From Candidatus Aminicenantes bacterium (GTDB lineage: Bacteria > Acidobacteriota > Aminicenantia > UBA2199), in contig CAWHBG010000001.1 in assembly GCA_963827565.1 (NCBI GenBank), positions 348,575-412,574 on the forward strand: 64,000 nucleotides of DNA, given 5' to 3'. A program made the translations under genes and the position numbers. This document shows, one piece after another, positions 28,960 through 37,766 of the stretch (positions within the stretch are counted from its first letter, which is position 1; every line of letters begins with the position of its first letter). A model generated the notes under the pieces. The model worked only from the letters and a program-made list of their open reading frames with translations. It ran no database searches and had not been told where the DNA came from.

Positions 28960-30888
28960 ATGAACCCAATTAAAAAAATGATGGTTGTTATAGTGATTGC
29001 CGGATTTCTATTTCCGGCTGCCGGTTTTAGTTCAAACAAAAAAAATATTCCTGATTTTTCAATGATCGAAAGGTCAAAGGTACCGGAAGAATATAAATGG
29101 AATATCAGTGATATCTTTCCATCTGTTGAAGCATGGAAAGAGGGGAGTAAAAAGTTTGAAAAGATGATCCCGCTGATCGCTGATGCATCAAATGGATGGA
29201 CGGGATCTGCAAAAAATATGCTCAAATTTTTTAATACGTTGAGCAATGTTTATCGTGAAGGTTACAAATTGTATTCATATGCAAGTAACAGAAGTAATAT
29301 GGATATGGGTAATCCCGAACTTCAGAAGATGAAGGGACAGATGAGATCATATTTTATTAAGATTAGCTCAATGATCTCTTTTATTAATTCAGATATTCTG
29401 AAACTCGGAAGTGAAAAATTTTCAGAATATGTAAAACAGGAGCCCGGGCTTGAAGTGTACCGTTTTGAAGTTGAAGAGGTCCTCAGAATGAAAGCCCATG
29501 TCCTTCCGCCTGATCAGCAGAAGATCGTCTCTCTTACCGGATTATTCTCAGGTGCCGCCAGCCGTGCATCCGGAATACTCAATAATGTCGAGATGCCGAA
29601 TGCAGAGATCAGGTTAAAAGATGGAAAAAAAGTTGAGCTGAATTATGCAAATTATGCAAAATACAGAAAATCGAAAGATCCTGAAACAAGAAGTATGGTG
29701 ATGAAAGCTTTCTGGGATAACCACAGAAAGTTCGAAAAAACCTTTGCAGTCCTTCTTGACTCCGAAATGAAAAAGCATGTGTTTAATTCAAAGGTAGGGA
29801 AATTTGAAAACACTTTAAAAGCAAGACTTTATCCGAGTTCAATCGATACGGCTGTTTATCACAACCTGATCAAGTATACGCGGGAGAACCTCGCGCCTCT
29901 TCATAGGTATTTGAAATTAAAAAAAGAAATGCTGAAACTGAAAGAGTACAAATATGATGATATATATGCATCGGCAGTCGCCAAAGTTGATAAATTGTAT
30001 ACTTTTGATGAAGCAAAGGATCTTGTTATCAAAGTGATGAAACCGCTGGGGGCAGAATATGAGAAAGGTCTCAGGAAGGCATTTGATGAGAAGTGGATCG
30101 ATATTTATGCGAACAAGGGGAAACAGTCCGGTGCCTATTCAAGCGGACTCTATGATGTCCACCCGTTTGTTAAAATGAACTATGACGGTTCCTACTCCGA
30201 TCTATCAACACTGGCACATGAACTGGGCCACGCAATGCATTCCTGGTTCACATCAAAAAAGCAGCATTTCACCAACTCGAATTATGCTACTTTCCTTGCT
30301 GAGATCGCATCAACCTTTAATGAAAGTCTGCTGATTAATTACCTGCTGAAGCATGAAAAGGATGATCTTTTCAAGTTATTTCTTTTGGATGAATATATTG
30401 AGGGATTCAGAGGAACACTTTACAGGCAGACATTATTCGCAGAGTTTGAACTGGCTATTCACAAAATGGCTGAACAGGGTATGACCCTGACCGCAGATGT
30501 CCTTAACCAGAAATATCTTGAACTGACCAGATACTATTACGGACATGATAAGGGTGTTGTCAACGTAGGTGATTTTATCAGGAATGAATGGGCAGGGATT
30601 CCCCACTTTTTCCTGAACTATTATGTCTACACATACAGCACAGGGATCATCGCCTCGATGGCCCTTGCCGACACGGTTCTTCACGGGAAGAACAAAAAAA
30701 TGAACAAAGAGAAGTATCTCGATTTTATCAGTGCAGGCGGCAGCCGGCCTCCTCTGGATATCCTTAAAGCAGCCGGAGTTGATATGACAACAGCTGATCC
30801 GTTTCTGAAAGCTTTCAAGCGATTGAATGAATTGGTATCAGAAATGGAAAAGATAGTAAAAAGACTTAAAAAAAAGAATAAGATCTAA
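28960..30888 (+). CDS. pepF: Oligoendopeptidase F (M3B) with signal peptide
   Basis: RSKVPEEYKWN, GKQSGAYS, TLAHELGHAMH, AEIAST, PHF...YVYTY. Confidence 0.9.
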   Translation: MNPIKKMMVVIVIAGFLFPAAGFSSNKKNIPDFSMIERSKVPEEYKWNISDIFPSVEAWKEGSKKFEKMIPLIADASNGWTGSAKNMLKFFNTLSNVYREGYKLYSYASNRSNMDMGNPELQKMKGQMRSYFIKISSMISFINSDILKLGSEKFSEYVKQEPGLEVYRFEVEEVLRMKAHVLPPDQQKIVSLTGLFSGAASRASGILNNVEMPNAEIRLKDGKKVELNYANYAKYRKSKDPETRSMVMKAFWDNHRKFEKTFAVLLDSEMKKHVFNSKVGKFENTLKARLYPSSIDTAVYHNLIKYTRENLAPLHRYLKLKKEMLKLKEYKYDDIYASAVAKVDKLYTFDEAKDLVIKVMKPLGAEYEKGLRKAFDEKWIDIYANKGKQSGAYSSGLYDVHPFVKMNYDGSYSDLSTLAHELGHAMHSWFTSKKQHFTNSNYATFLAEIASTFNESLLINYLLKHEKDDLFKLFLLDEYIEGFRGTLYRQTLFAEFELAIHKMAEQGMTLTADVLNQKYLELTRYYYGHDKGVVNVGDFIRNEWAGIPHFFLNYYVYTYSTGIIASMALADTVLHGKNKKMNKEKYLDFISAGGSRPPLDILKAAGVDMTTADPFLKAFKRLNELVSEMEKIVKRLKKKNKI

Positions 30889-30901
30889 GATTCATAAAAC
30901 G

Positions 30902-30921
30902 GGGCCCGGATAACCGGGCCC
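30902..30921 (+). terminator. GC-rich hairpin after pepF (probable terminator)
   Basis: GGGCCCGG-ATAA-CCGGGCCC; the pyrimidine tract is a few bases downstream rather than adjacent. Confidence 0.55.
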
Positions 30922-31139
30922 TGGATTCCCTCCCTTTTCTTTCTTTTATATTACCGAAAAAGTTATAAAAAGAGATTAGACCCAGATAGGTAATTGTTAT
31001 TAGTCTAAACAATAAATAATTAGTGCCGATTTTAAGTATTTTGGCCCATTGAAATCCACTTTTCCGTATGAAATGATTAAATATGTGTTCTTTCCGGTTA
31101 TTAAGTTTATAAATCCATAAATTCTTTAAGGAGGAATAT

Positions 31140-32066
31140 ATGAAAAGATTTATTCTTATCATTTTGACAGTTTCATTCATGATCTTTCTGATGAATCCGA
31201 ATGCATTAAAAGCAACGAATGATCAGAAGATCGTTGATCCTGAAACAAAAAGGTCTTTGTTAAAAGCTGAGATCGAAAGTATGCGGGCTGAGATCAGGGA
31301 AAACGGGTATTCTTTTGAAGTAGGTGTCAACCCTGCAATGCAGTATGATCTGAAGCAGTTGTGTTCATTAAATCATGAACTTTATCTTCCGGCAAAGCAT
31401 TTAAAACAGGCGCCTCGAAGATCATCAGAACTCGGATCTGTTGCAGTGCTGCCTGATTCGTATACCGGGATCGCTTCTTCTGTAAAGAATCAGGGAAGCT
31501 GCGGAAGCTGCTGGGCTTTTGCCGCTGTCGGACTTATGGAGGCGATGATCATCAAAAAGGATGGTGTTGAGCTCGATCTTTCAGAACAGCATCTTGTCTC
31601 CTGTAATACATGGGGATGGGGATGTAACGGCGGTCTCTGGCCGAATGACATGCTGGTAGATCCGGGTGCAATGATGGAGGCATGTTTTCCATATACCGCT
31701 ACTGATGCACCGTGTATTGATACCTGTCCTTTCCCTTATGCGATCAATGGATGGGCTTTTGTAACAGCTGATAATGTTGTCCCTTCTGTAGATGAGATCA
31801 AACAGGCAATTTATACTTACGGGGCAGTTCAGGCCGGAGTTTATGTCGACAGATGGTTCCAGGCTTATACAGGGGGAGTTCTTGACAGATGTAAAAGAAG
31901 AGTTAACTATACCAATCATGCAATTATTTTATGTGGTTGGGATGATGCAAAAGGCGCCTGGCTCATGAAAAATTCCTGGGGAACAGGCTGGGGCGAGAAC
32001 GGATATATGTGGATTTCATACGGATGTGATAAAGTGGGTGAAGGCGCAAACATATTTTTCTATTAA
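31140..32066 (+). CDS. Secreted papain-family (C1A) cysteine peptidase
   Basis: Signal and propeptide; NQGSCGSCWAF, LSEQHLVSC, NHAI, KNSWG. Confidence 0.92.
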   Translation: MKRFILIILTVSFMIFLMNPNALKATNDQKIVDPETKRSLLKAEIESMRAEIRENGYSFEVGVNPAMQYDLKQLCSLNHELYLPAKHLKQAPRRSSELGSVAVLPDSYTGIASSVKNQGSCGSCWAFAAVGLMEAMIIKKDGVELDLSEQHLVSCNTWGWGCNGGLWPNDMLVDPGAMMEACFPYTATDAPCIDTCPFPYAINGWAFVTADNVVPSVDEIKQAIYTYGAVQAGVYVDRWFQAYTGGVLDRCKRRVNYTNHAIILCGWDDAKGAWLMKNSWGTGWGENGYMWISYGCDKVGEGANIFFY

Positions 32067-32087
32067 AAAAAGAGTTATTATGATAAC

Positions 32088-32121
32088 ATCCCCGTAGCTT
32101 CAGGGCTGCGGGGATTTTTTT
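32088..32121 (+). terminator. Rho-independent terminator between protease and inhibitor genes
   Basis: ATCCCCGTAGC...GCTGCGGGGAT followed by a T tract. Confidence 0.75.
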
Positions 32122-32580
32122 ATGTTAAAAATAATCGGGTATTTTATTTTTCTGAGCGTTATAATATTTCCGGCATGGGGAAAACATATGGATTCCGACA
32201 GGGAGATTCACTCTGAAAAAAATGGAAGGTGGAAAAACATCCCGGTCTATCTTCTAAGTGTGGATGAGAAAAATAAACTTCTCATTAAGGGATCAGTCAC
32301 ATTCGGGTTGTTGCTTAGGTCGAACCTGTCTACAGGATTCAGCTGGGGACTCGTGAACAGTGATAAAATCGAAGTTGTCAGTTTTATCGAAACAGCGGAT
32401 TATGAATCCGGTAATAACGAGTTAAAAAGATTCGGTAGCGGGGATTTTGAAATGTTCGTTTTTAAAACAATAAAATCCGGAGAAACCGAACTGGAGTTCA
32501 TTTATTTCCGGCCATGGGAGAAGGACAAAGAACCTGAGAAAAAGGTCATGGTAAAGATCAGTATCATCAATAAAGACTAG
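32122..32580 (+). CDS. Chagasin-family (I42) cysteine protease inhibitor
   Basis: SNLSTGFSW (NPTTGYxW variant), FGSG, YFRPWE; signal peptide. Confidence 0.85.
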   Translation: MLKIIGYFIFLSVIIFPAWGKHMDSDREIHSEKNGRWKNIPVYLLSVDEKNKLLIKGSVTFGLLLRSNLSTGFSWGLVNSDKIEVVSFIETADYESGNNELKRFGSGDFEMFVFKTIKSGETELEFIYFRPWEKDKEPEKKVMVKISIINKD

Positions 32581-32660
32581 TCAGCCCTTTTTATAAAACC
32601 ATTCAACAATATTTTTGATTCCCGGATGAATTTTCGCTATACTTTTCCTGTGAGGGAAAA

Positions 32661-33296
32661 ATGATATTTAAGCAGATAAACTCGGGCGGTGACAGAAATT
32701 ATGCCTATCTGATCGGGTGTGAAGAAACAAAATTTGCTGCAGTTGCAGATCCTTCTCCCGATCCGGTGCCTGTTCTCAAAGAAGTGGAAAATCTTGGCCT
32801 TAAGACCCGGTATATATTTAATACCCATTCCCACTCTGATCATACAGGTGGGAACCCTTTCACGAAAGAGAGCACCGGTGCAGAATTAGTGACATTTAAA
32901 AATGGGGGGGGTGACCTGGAGGTTGAAGACGGGGCAGTCCTGAAAGTGGGGGAAGTGATATGTGAATTTTTTCACACACCCGGACATACTCCAGATTCGC
33001 TGTGTATTCTTACTGGAAATAATCTGATCACCGGTGATACATTGTTTGTCGGTAAGGTTGGGGGAACGTACACGGTTGAAGAAGCTGAAATTGAATTCGC
33101 AAGCCTTAAGAAACTGATGCTGCTGGATCAGAATATTGCCGTATGGCCCGGGCATAATTATGGTATTGCACCATCATCAACTATAGGGAATGAATTGGAA
33201 ACAAATCCTTTTATACTCAGGTTGGGAAAATTTGAAGATTTTCTTTGGCTTAAGCAGAACTGGGCTTCATATAAAATTGAGCATGGGATAAAGTAG
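32661..33296 (+). CDS. MBL-fold hydrolase, glyoxalase II / hydroxyacyl-thioester hydrolase-like
   Basis: THSHSDHTGG, HTPGHT, TGDTLF, WPGHNY, E..TNP. Confidence 0.85.
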   Translation: MIFKQINSGGDRNYAYLIGCEETKFAAVADPSPDPVPVLKEVENLGLKTRYIFNTHSHSDHTGGNPFTKESTGAELVTFKNGGGDLEVEDGAVLKVGEVICEFFHTPGHTPDSLCILTGNNLITGDTLFVGKVGGTYTVEEAEIEFASLKKLMLLDQNIAVWPGHNYGIAPSSTIGNELETNPFILRLGKFEDFLWLKQNWASYKIEHGIK

Positions 33297-33309
33297 CCCG
33301 GGCGGACAG

Positions 33310-34035
33310 ATGAGCAAAGAATGGTTTCATGACTGGTTTGATGAGAATTACCTTCTCCTTTATTGTCACAGAGATTTAGCTGATGCAATGTTACAGATCG
33401 ATCTGCTGATAGATAAGATCAAACCCGGAAAAAAGGACAGAATTCTGGACCTCGGATGCGGAGAGGGACGTCATGTTTCGTTACTCGAGCAAAAAGGATT
33501 TAATGTGACAGGGCTTGACCTTTCAGTTTCACTGCTTGAGAGCGGAAAACAGAAACATCCGGATCTCAGGCTTCTTCAGGGGGATATGAGAAATATACCG
33601 GGTAAATTCAATATTATCTTATCTTTGTTTACCAGCTTCGGTTATTTTAAAAAAGATTCAGAGAATATTGCAGTGATTCAGGGTGTATATCGTTCACTTG
33701 AAAAAAGGGGACATTTCTGGCTGGATTTTCTCAATCCTGAATATCTGAAAAATAATATTGTTAGTGAGAACACATTTTCGGCCGGGGATGATTGTGAGGT
33801 TACTGAGAACAGAAAGATTCTCTGCGATAGGGTGGTTAAGGATATTACTATAAGAAAAGGGGGAAAGGAAAAAAAATATATGGAATCGGTAAGATTGTTT
33901 TCCAAAGAAGATCTGTTGACGATATTCTGCAAATCCGGATTCGACATTAAAAATATCTATGGGGATTATAAAGGAAATGCCTGGAGTCCTGAATCAATAA
34001 GGACAATAATTCATTCTTATAAAACGGATACTTGA
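33310..34035 (+). CDS. Class I SAM-dependent methyltransferase (candidate NmbA-like)
   Basis: ILDLGCGEGRH, GLDLS, GDMR, LFTSFGYF; N-terminal WF..WF...Y..LY.HRD block. Confidence 0.85.
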   Translation: MSKEWFHDWFDENYLLLYCHRDLADAMLQIDLLIDKIKPGKKDRILDLGCGEGRHVSLLEQKGFNVTGLDLSVSLLESGKQKHPDLRLLQGDMRNIPGKFNIILSLFTSFGYFKKDSENIAVIQGVYRSLEKRGHFWLDFLNPEYLKNNIVSENTFSAGDDCEVTENRKILCDRVVKDITIRKGGKEKKYMESVRLFSKEDLLTIFCKSGFDIKNIYGDYKGNAWSPESIRTIIHSYKTDT

Positions 34036-34040
34036 GATTG

Positions 34041-34958
34041 ATGAAAATAGAATTTCCATTTCTGATTGATGGGGGATTATCAAATCAATTAGAAAAACAG
34101 GGATGCAATCTGAATCATGATCTGTGGACTGCAAAGCTCTTGGATTCAGACCCGCAACAAATTGTAAATGCTCATCTTGCATATTTGCATGCTGGTGCAG
34201 GGTGTATCACAACTTCCAGTTATCAGGCAACTCTTCCTGGATTGATGAGGCAAGGTTACAGTAAATCTGAATCTGAAAAGATGATATTGAAAACAGTAAA
34301 ATTAGCTGAAGAGGCGATAGAGCGATTCACAAAAAAAAATAGTGAGGAAAATACAAAACCTTTAATTGCTGCAAGTATCGGCCCTTATGGCGCATATCTG
34401 GCAGATGGTTCGGAGTATAGGGGAAATTATGGTATTTCCAGGCAGGAACTGAAAGATTTCCATTTACCACGAATAGAACTTCTGGAAAATACCTCAATTG
34501 ATCTTTTTGCATTTGAAACGATCCCGGATTTTGAAGAAGCAGAAATTCTTAAAGATATTCTCCACTCTGTCACAAAACCTGCCTGGATCTGTTTTTCATG
34601 CCGTGATGATTATTACATAAATGATGGTACGCCGCTCATTGAATGCATAAAGCTGTTTTCAGACATTGATGGAGTCATCGCTGTCGGGGTAAACTGCACC
34701 GCTCCGGTATATATTTCACGCATAATTGACCAAATTAAAAATGAAATGGGAGGAAAGAAAATAATTGCATATCCCAATTCGGGAGAAGTTTATTCCCCGG
34801 AGAGTAAAGAATGGTCAGGGATGACCGATCCGGGAATTTGTGAAAAGCTTGCCATCGAATGGATAAGAAAGGGGGCCGATATCATCGGGGGATGCTGCAG
34901 AATGGGTACGGAAGAAATAAAAGCAATGGCTAGAGCTATTCACCGGATTCAGCTATAA
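34041..34958 (+). CDS. mmuM: Homocysteine S-methyltransferase
   Basis: DGGL, SYQA, AASIGPYGAYLADGSEY, FETIP, GVNC, YPNSGE, IGGCCR. Confidence 0.92.
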   Translation: MKIEFPFLIDGGLSNQLEKQGCNLNHDLWTAKLLDSDPQQIVNAHLAYLHAGAGCITTSSYQATLPGLMRQGYSKSESEKMILKTVKLAEEAIERFTKKNSEENTKPLIAASIGPYGAYLADGSEYRGNYGISRQELKDFHLPRIELLENTSIDLFAFETIPDFEEAEILKDILHSVTKPAWICFSCRDDYYINDGTPLIECIKLFSDIDGVIAVGVNCTAPVYISRIIDQIKNEMGGKKIIAYPNSGEVYSPESKEWSGMTDPGICEKLAIEWIRKGADIIGGCCRMGTEEIKAMARAIHRIQL

Positions 34959-35042
34959 TTGAGTAGTGGAGAACGGGATATTATGAATGAATTCATAGGA
35001 TTGACTATGCAGAAGCCAGTTCTTAACTCAGGAAAAATATAA

Positions 35043-36536
35043 ATGCAATTCGGATCATTAATTTTTATTTTCTTATTTTTACCTGTGGTCCTGTTGTTCG
35101 GCAATATTTTAAAAAACAAAACAAAAAAATGGTTTCTCGTTCTGTCCGGATTTCTATTCTATTTTTTCGGAATGGGGGTTTATTTAGCCATTCTGCTGTT
35201 ATCAATTATTCTGAATTATATATTCGGATTACTATTATCAGGAAGTAAAAATAACAGGTCATCTAAAATTTATTTAACCTCGGGAATTGTTGCTAATGTT
35301 CTTCTTCTGGTATTTTACAAGTATTCCGGTTTCATTTTATCAAATATCGAAGTAATATTCGGTTCCGAGATCAACTTTATCCGTTCAATTATCCCGGATA
35401 CATTTCCGGTGGGGATATCATTCTTTACTTTTGTAGCTATTTCCTATCTGGTGGATAGTCATAGAGACAGGGGTCTTGTATTTAAAGATCCGGTTGATGT
35501 GGCATTCACATTTTCATTCTTCCCCAAGGTCTTTTCGGGCCCGATCACTTTTCACAATAAATTCATCGATGTCATCAGAGGGGAAGGTGGCCTGGCTTCA
35601 TTTGAAGATGGTGTTAAGCGATTTGTGTACGGACTGGGTAAAAAAGTGCTGATCGCAGACACACTGGGGAAATGTGTGAATGGGATATTTGAAGTGCCTG
35701 CCGGCGAATTAACCTTCGGCCTCGCATGGGTTGGTGTATTGGCTTTTACCCTGCAGATATTTATTGATTTTGCCGGCTATACCGATATGGCGATCGGTCT
35801 CGGCAAGATGCTTGGATTCGAAATTCCGGAAAATTTTAATTTCCCCTATATTGCAACATCAATCAGAGATTTCTGGAAACGGTGGCATATTACCCTCTCA
35901 AACTGGCTCCAGTTATATATTTTTCTGCCGGTTGCCTACCGGGTGATGCGTAAGATCAGGACAGATCATAAATTCGGTATTAAAGTTGAGGATATTGCAT
36001 ATTATACCGCCTCTTTTGTCACCATGCTGATCTGCGGGATCTGGCACGGAGCGGAATGGACTTTTGTCATATGGGGCCTGTTTCACGGAGTTTTTCTTAT
36101 TCTGGAACACTGGAAACTCGGAAAGTTCATGAGAAAAAAAGTATGGAAACCCCTGCAGGTTAGCTACACACTAATAATAGTGGTGATAGGCTGGGCGATC
36201 TTCAGGGCGTCTGATATATCTCATGCATTAGATCTCCTGAGGTCCATGGCAGGATTCGGGGGGGGTGACGGTAACAGATATTTTGTATCACTATACACGG
36301 ATAATGAAGTTTTTCTTGCAGCTGTGGCGGGAATAATTATCTCATTCCCGTTCCTGAAAACATTAAAGGAAAAGTCGATTAAGATAATTTCTTGTAAGAT
36401 CCCGGTTAAGGCTTCTTTTTGGATAAGCAGATTGTCCAGTGCTTCCGGTTTTATTTTTTTTACAATTGTATTTATCCTGAGTCTTATGGCAGTTATCGGG
36501 GGAACCTATTCTCCCTTCATATATTTCAGGTTTTAG
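35043..36536 (+). CDS. algI: MBOAT O-acetyltransferase (AlgI/PatA family)
   Basis: PVGISFFTF..ISYLVD, GLGKK, DFAGYTDMAIG, ENFNFPY, FWKRWHITLS, GIWHGA, PFIYFRF. Confidence 0.85.
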   Translation: MQFGSLIFIFLFLPVVLLFGNILKNKTKKWFLVLSGFLFYFFGMGVYLAILLLSIILNYIFGLLLSGSKNNRSSKIYLTSGIVANVLLLVFYKYSGFILSNIEVIFGSEINFIRSIIPDTFPVGISFFTFVAISYLVDSHRDRGLVFKDPVDVAFTFSFFPKVFSGPITFHNKFIDVIRGEGGLASFEDGVKRFVYGLGKKVLIADTLGKCVNGIFEVPAGELTFGLAWVGVLAFTLQIFIDFAGYTDMAIGLGKMLGFEIPENFNFPYIATSIRDFWKRWHITLSNWLQLYIFLPVAYRVMRKIRTDHKFGIKVEDIAYYTASFVTMLICGIWHGAEWTFVIWGLFHGVFLILEHWKLGKFMRKKVWKPLQVSYTLIIVVIGWAIFRASDISHALDLLRSMAGFGGGDGNRYFVSLYTDNEVFLAAVAGIIISFPFLKTLKEKSIKIISCKIPVKASFWISRLSSASGFIFFTIVFILSLMAVIGGTYSPFIYFRF

Positions 36537-36543
36537 GTGAATA

Positions 36544-37683
36544 ATGAAGGAATTGTTTAAAAATATAGTGAATAAAAGGCATGCAATGATATTCCTTCTG
36601 ATCATTTTTCTGCCGCTGTTTTTGCTTCTGACCGGAATGGGAAATAACAGCAGTACGATGGAAAACAGGTCTGAAAAGTTTCCGGAGATCTCTATCCGGG
36701 ACCTCCATATCGGACTCAAAAATTTTGAAAAATACTATGAAAAAAAATTCCCTTTCAGAAAGAAGATTTTATATCAGAGAAATTATCTTTATTCCAGATA
36801 TATAGGCGTATCCCCCGTTGACCGGGTGATCCTTGGAAAGGAGAAGTGGTTGTTTCTCAGAAGACTGAATGATATCGATTCTGAGATTAACTATTCAATA
36901 TCAATTGATAAATTCAAAAAACATGAACTTGAATACTGGTTCAATTTGTTCCGTGAGAGGTATCAATTCCTGAAAAAAAGGGGGATCGAACTGCTCATTG
37001 TGCTTGTTCCCAATAAGAGTACTATCTATTCAGAATATCTGCCCGACAGCATAAGAAAAGTAACCGGAGGGATCAGGGCGGAACAACTGAAAAATTATTT
37101 TGATGGGAATTCAGAGATTAAAGTTCTGTATCTTAAAGATCTTCTCCTTGCAAATAAAGGGGTTTATCCGGTTTATCACAGGACAGATTCTCACTGGACC
37201 CACTACGGCGCCTGGCTTGCGTACAGAGAAATAATAGTCAATTTATCCCAGCGTTTCAAAGGTGCCGTCCCGTTTGAATTTGAAAAATTCCCGAAAAGAA
37301 AAATGAAAACCCCTTCAAAAGCTGATCTGGCCTCAATGCTTGCCCTGAATAAATCATTTTACAGGGAGGACTTCCAGAGATTGTTCACACCCCCCGGATC
37401 CGGTATCCGCCATTCCCGTCTAAAAAGGTTTAAATATAAGAAGATCAGAACGGAAGTTTATAGTAATAAAAACGGGACCCTCCCGAAAACCATAATGATC
37501 CATGATTCATTTGGCCGGGGATTAAAAAAGTTTATGGCGGCCACTTTCTCCGAAATAATATTTCTGCGTGACTGGGGATTTAATTTTTTCCCGGATCTGA
37601 TCGAGCGGGAAAAACCTGAAATTGTTATTTATGAACTCGCAGAACGGTTTCTGTACCGTCCTGTCCCTGAAAATCGGAAATAG
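36544..37683 (+). CDS. SGNH-like O-acetyltransferase (AlgJ/AlgX family)
   Basis: N-terminal anchor, ENR, GKEKWLF, VPNK, YHRTDSHWT, HDSF, ER. Confidence 0.82.
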   Translation: MKELFKNIVNKRHAMIFLLIIFLPLFLLLTGMGNNSSTMENRSEKFPEISIRDLHIGLKNFEKYYEKKFPFRKKILYQRNYLYSRYIGVSPVDRVILGKEKWLFLRRLNDIDSEINYSISIDKFKKHELEYWFNLFRERYQFLKKRGIELLIVLVPNKSTIYSEYLPDSIRKVTGGIRAEQLKNYFDGNSEIKVLYLKDLLLANKGVYPVYHRTDSHWTHYGAWLAYREIIVNLSQRFKGAVPFEFEKFPKRKMKTPSKADLASMLALNKSFYREDFQRLFTPPGSGIRHSRLKRFKYKKIRTEVYSNKNGTLPKTIMIHDSFGRGLKKFMAATFSEIIFLRDWGFNFFPDLIEREKPEIVIYELAERFLYRPVPENRK

Positions 37684-37766
37684 ATAGATTTTTGTTGGAA
37701 AAGCCTTTAATTTTTTCCTGCCGGGAGTTATATTAATTAGTTATAAATAAACGGAGGTTTATCAAA

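Noticed and set aside
30922-31139. Possible ncRNA or small gene upstream of the papain gene
   Set aside because: AT-rich promoter-like DNA with no convincing stems; the overlapping minus-strand ORF looks spurious.
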